Made by a program: the position numbers and the translations under genes. From the NCBI GenBank assembly GCA_964247055.1, contig OZ176053.1:3844001-3908000 (forward strand): a DNA stretch of 64,000 nt, in the 5' to 3' direction. Positions 59,241 to 64,000 of the stretch are shown here, in pieces (within the stretch, counting starts at the first letter, position 1; each line of letters begins with the position of its first letter). The DNA is from Paragordius varius. Its lineage: Eukaryota > Animalia > Nematomorpha. The notes beneath the pieces were generated by a model. That model had not been told where the DNA came from. It ran no database searches and worked only from the letters and a program-made list of their open reading frames with translations.

Positions 59241-62200
59241 TAATTACAACAATCAACCATACCTCTTACACAATCAAATTATATAAACCATGATTGTATG
59301 GATAATTACAACAATCAACCATACCTCTTTAACAAACAAATTATATTAAGCATGATTGTATGGGTAATTACAACAATCAACCAAACATCTATAACAAACA
59401 AATTATATTAACCACGATTGTATGGATAATTACAACAATCAACCACACATCTTTAACAAACAAATTATATTAAGCATGATTGTATGGATAATTACAACAA
59501 TCAACAATACCTCTTACACAATATTATATAAACCATGATTGTAAGGGTAATTACAACAATCAACCAAACATCTTTAACAACCAAATTATATTAACCATGA
59601 TTGTATGGATAATTACAACAATCAACCACACATCTTTAACAATCAAATTATATTAACCATGAATGTATGGATAATTACAACAATCAACCATACCTCTTTA
59701 ACAATAAAATTATATTATCCAAGAATCCATGAATATTTGCAACAATCAACCATACGTCTTTAACAATCAAATTATATTAACCATGAATGTATGGATAATT
59801 ACAACAATCAACCATACCTCTTTAATAATCAAAATATATTAACCATGATTGTATGGATAATTACAACAATCAACCACACATCTTTAACAAACTAATTATA
59901 TTAAGCATGATTGTATGGGTAATTACAACAATCAACCAAACATCTATAACAAACAAATTATATTAAGCATGATTGTATGGATAATTACAACAATCAACCA
60001 AACATCTCAAACAAACAAATTATAGTAACCATGATTGTAAGGGTAATTACAACAATCAATCATACATATTTAACAACCAAATTATAACAAGCATGATTGT
60101 ATGGATAATTACAACAATCAACCATACCTCTTACACTCAAATTATATTAAGCCATGATTGTATGTGTAATTACAACAATCAACCAAACATCTATAACAAA
60201 CAAATTATATTAAGCATGATTGTATGGATAATTACAACAATCAACCATACCTCTTTAACAATAAAATTATATTATCCAAGAATCCATGAATATTTGCAAC
60301 AATCAACCATACGTCTTTAACAATCAAATTATATTAACCATGAATGTATGGATAATTACAACAATCAACCATACCTCTTTAATAATCAAAATATAGTAAC
60401 CATGACTGTATGGATAATTACAACAATAAACCATACATCTTTAACAAACAAATTATACTAAGCATTATTGTATGGGTAATTACAACAATCAACCAAACAT
60501 CTATAACAAACAAATTATATTAAGCATGATTGTATGGATAATTACAACAATCAACAATACCTCTTACACAATTAAATTATATAAACCATGATTGTAAGGG
60601 TAATTACATCAATCAACCATACGTCTTTAACAAACAAATTATATTAAGCATGATTGTATGGGTAATTACAACAATCAACCATACCTCTTTAACAACCAAA
60701 TTATATTAAGCATGATTGTATTGATAATTACAACAATCAACAATACCTCTTACACAATCAAATTATATAAACCATGATTGTATGGATAATTACAACAATC
60801 AACCACATCTTTAACAAACAAATTATATTAAGCATGATTGTATGGGTAATTACAACAATCAACCAAACATCTATAACAAACAAATTATATTAAGCATGAT
60901 TGTATGGATAATTACAACAATCAACCAAACATCTATAACAAACAAATTATAGTAACCATGATTGTAAGGGTAATTACAACAATCAATCATACATATTTAA
61001 CAACCAAATTATATCAAGCATGATTGTATGGATAATTACAACAATCAACCATACCTCTTACACAATCAAATTATATTAAGCCATGATTGTATGGATAATT
61101 ACAACAATCAACCATACATCTATAACAAACAAATTATAGTAACCATGATTGTAAGGGTAATTACAACAATCAATCATACATATTTAACAACCAAATTATA
61201 TCAAGCATGATTGTATGGATAATTACAACAATCAACCATACAAATCAAATTATATTAAGCCATGATTGTATGGGTAATTACAACAATCAACCATATATCT
61301 TTAACACTTAAATTATATTAATCATGAATGTATGGGTAATTACAACAATCAACTATACCTCTTTAACAATAAAATTATATTATCCAAGAATCCATGAATA
61401 TTTGCAACAATCAACCATACGTCTTTAACAATCAAATTATATTAACCATGAATGTATGGATAATTACAACAATCAACCATACCTCTTTAATAATCAAATT
61501 ATATTAACCATGACTGTATGAATAATTACAACAATCAACCATACGTCTTTAACAAACAAATTATATTAAGCATGATTGTATGGGTAATTACAACAATCAA
61601 CCAAACATCTATAACAAACAAATTATATTAAGCATGATTGAATGGATAATTACAACAATCAACCATACCTCTTTAACAATAAAATTATATTATCCAAGAA
61701 TCCATGAATATTTGCAACAATCACCCATACGTCTTTAACAATCAAATTATATTAACCATGAATGTATGGATAATTACAACAATCAACCATACCTCTTTAA
61801 TAATCAAATTATATTAACCATGACTGTATGGATAATTACAACAATCAACCATACGTCTTTAACAAACAAATTATATTAACCATGAATGTATGGATAATTA
61901 CAACAATCAACCATACCTCTTTAATAATCAAAATATATTATCCATGATTGTATGGATAATTACAACAATCAACCACACATCTTTAACAAAGAAATTATAT
62001 TAAGCATGATTGTATGGATAATTACAACAATCAACCAAACATCTATAACAAACAAATTATAGTAACCATGATTGTAAGGGTAATTACAACAATCAACCAT
62101 ACGTCTTTAACAAACAAATTATATTAAGCATGATTGTATGGGTAATTACAACAATCAACCAAACATCTATAACAAACAAATTATATTAAGCATGATTGTA

Positions 62201-64000
62201 TGGATAATTACAACAATCAACCATACGTCTTTAACAATCAAATTATATTAACCATGAATGTATGGATAATTACAACAATCAACCATACCTCTTTAATAAT
62301 CAAAATATATTAACCATGATTGTATGGATAATTACAACAATCAACCACACATCTTTAACAAACTAATTATATTAAGCATGATTGTATGGGTAATTACAAC
62401 AATCAACCAAACATCTATAACAAACAAATTATATTAAGCATGATTGTATGGATAATTACAACAATCAACCAAACATCTCAAACAAACAAATTATAGTAAC
62501 CATGATTGTAAGGGTAATTACAACAATCAATCATACATATTTAACAACCAAATTATATCAAGCATGATTGTATGGATAATTACAACAATCAACCATACCT
62601 CTTACACTCAAATTATATTAAGCCATGATTGTATGTGTAATTACAACAATCAACCAAACATCTATAACAAACAAATTATATTAAGCATGATTGTATGGAT
62701 AATTACAACAATCAACCATACCTCTTTAACAATAAAATTATATTATCCAAGAATCCATGAATATTTGCAACAATCAACCATACGTCTTTAACAATCAAAT
62801 TATATTAACCATGAATGTATGGATAATTACAACAATCAACCATACCTCTTTAATAATCAAAATATAGTAACCATGACTGTATGGATAATTACAACAATAA
62901 ACCATACATCTTTAACAAACAAATTATACTAAGCATTATTGTATGGGTAATTACAACAATCAACCAAACATCTATAACAAACAAATTATATTAAGCATGA
63001 TTGTATGGATAATTACAACAATCAACAATACCTCTTACACAATTAAATTATATAAACCATGATTGTAAGGGTAATTACATCAATCAACCATACGTCTTTA
63101 ACAAACAAATTATATTAAGCATGATTGTATGGGTAATTACAACAATCAACCATACCTCTTTAACAACCAAATTATATTAAGCATGATTGTATTGATAATT
63201 ACAACAATCAACAATACCTCTTACACAATCAAATTATATAAACCATGATTGTATGGATAATTACAACAATCAACCACATCTTTAACAAACAAATTATATT
63301 AAGCATGATTGTATGGGTAATTACAACAATCAACCAAACATCTATAACAAACAAATTATATTAAGCATGATTGTATGGATGATTACAACAATCAACCAAA
63401 CATCTATAACAAACAAATTATAGTAACCATGATTGTAAGGGTAATTACAACAATCAATCATACATATTTAACAACCAAATTATATCAAGCATGATTGTAT
63501 GGATAATTACAACAATCAACCATACCTCTTACACAATCAAATTATATTAAGCCATGATTGTATGGATAATTACAACAATCAACCATACATCTATAACAAA
63601 CAAATTATAGTAACCATGATTGTAAGGGTAATTACAACAATCAATCATACATATTTAACAACCAAATTATATTAAGCATGATTGTATGGATAATTACAAC
63701 AATCAACCATACCTCTTTAACAATAAAATTATAATATCCAAGCATCCATGAATATTTGCAACAATCAACCATACGTCTTTAACAATCAAATTATATTAAC
63801 CATGATTGTATGGATAATTACAACAATCAACCATACCTCTTTAATAATCAAATTATATTAACCATGACTGTATGGATAATTACAACAATCAACCATACAT
63901 ATTTAACATTTAAATTATATTAAGCCATGATTGTATGGGTAATTACAACAATCAACCATAGATATTTAACATTTAAATTATATTAAGCCATGATTGTATG
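55561..64000 (+). repeat. Satellite domain E: most diverged monomers (AACAAACAAA, CTTACAC, AGTAACC, TAAGGG, CATACGTC, TATCCAAGAATCC), interrupted by a D-type return at about 56600-58210
   Basis: E-type begins at TCTTACACAATC 55561 and again at 58212. Neighbouring monomers differ at many more positions than in A, C or D. Confidence 0.9.
59741..63671 (+). repeat. About 1.46-kb block (59741-61200) duplicated at 62212-63671, offset 2471
   Basis: CCATACGTCT 59750/62221, TTTAATAATCAAAATAT 59821/62292, ORF pair 60093/62564, CCAAGAATCC 60276/62747. The flanks differ. Confidence 0.9.

Larger units (their letters stand above)
1..64000 (+). repeat. Tandem satellite DNA array, 62-bp basic monomer (variants 59-63 bp), about 1,030 copies, single orientation, running off both ends of the window
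   Basis: ATACCTCTTT recurs at 1, 63, 125, 187 and onward (period 62). The core AAATTATA..CATG/CACG..GTATGG..AATT..ACAATCA recurs on every line to position 64000. Monomer 1-62 has A24 T21 C12 G5. No unique sequence or inverted block seen. Confidence 0.99.

Noticed and set aside
8129-62791. All 19 ORFs of 60-101 aa in the supplied track as protein-coding genes
   Set aside because: Each is a translation of 3-5 satellite monomers. In 62-bp monomers the frame slips each unit and ends at TAT-TAA-CCA-TGA, so ORFs pass 60 aa only where an indel or a point change at a stop codon holds the frame. There is no unique coding sequence or gene context, and paired ORFs simply mark DNA duplications.
1-64000. 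Giant repeat protein under an alternative genetic code (TAA=Gln or TGA=Trp)
   Set aside because: TAA and TGA occur two codons apart in the same frame, which is reached every third monomer. Reassigning only one of them still terminates translation in nearly all units.
1-64000. CRISPR array (constant repeat plus variable spacer)
   Set aside because: The variable part is the same sequence with point variants, not unique spacers. No cas genes or leader are present, and the HOR and duplication structure is typical of satellite DNA.
1-64000. CENP-B box, or identity with alpha satellite or another named satellite
   Set aside because: No TTCG....A..CGGG motif was seen and the period is 62, not 171. 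I cannot support any family name without a database search.
1-64000. G-quadruplex or i-motif array
   Set aside because: There is at most one GGG per 62 bp (only GG in D-type monomers), too widely spaced for canonical structures.
1-64000. tRNA, rRNA, transposon termini, simple telomeric repeats, promoters or terminators
   Set aside because: No non-satellite sequence was seen. TATA-like and AATAAA-like words (e.g. ACAATAAAATT in E) are expected by chance in a 73% AT repeat.

Overview
The whole 64 kb window is one uninterrupted, head-to-tail, single-orientation tandem array of an AT-rich (about 27% GC) 62-bp monomer, roughly 1,030 copies. Reference monomer, 1-62: ATACCTCTTTAACACTTAAATTATATTAACCATGATTGTATGGGTAATTACAACAATCAACC. 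I see no real genes, RNA genes, transposons or CRISPR array, and every listed ORF is a by-product of the repeat. The array divides into sequence-variant domains: A (1-3.1 kb, near-identical AACACTT monomers), B (3.1-6.7 kb, mosaic of D- and C-type), C (6.7-33.8 kb, GAAT/AATAAT/63-bp AAGCC monomers in 3-, 4- and 6-mer higher-order repeats), D (33.8-55.6 kb, AAAAAT/GGAT/CACG monomers) and E (55.6-64 kb, most diverged). D-type sequence sharing rare variants flanks C on both sides, junctions between domains are themselves duplicated, and small islands of one domain's monomers sit inside another. This fits a layered, expanding eukaryotic satellite, possibly centromeric, pericentromeric or subtelomeric. 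That function is inference: neither organism nor role can be read from the sequence. All coordinates and offsets were read by eye from rare marker variants, and block boundaries are approximate to about one monomer.
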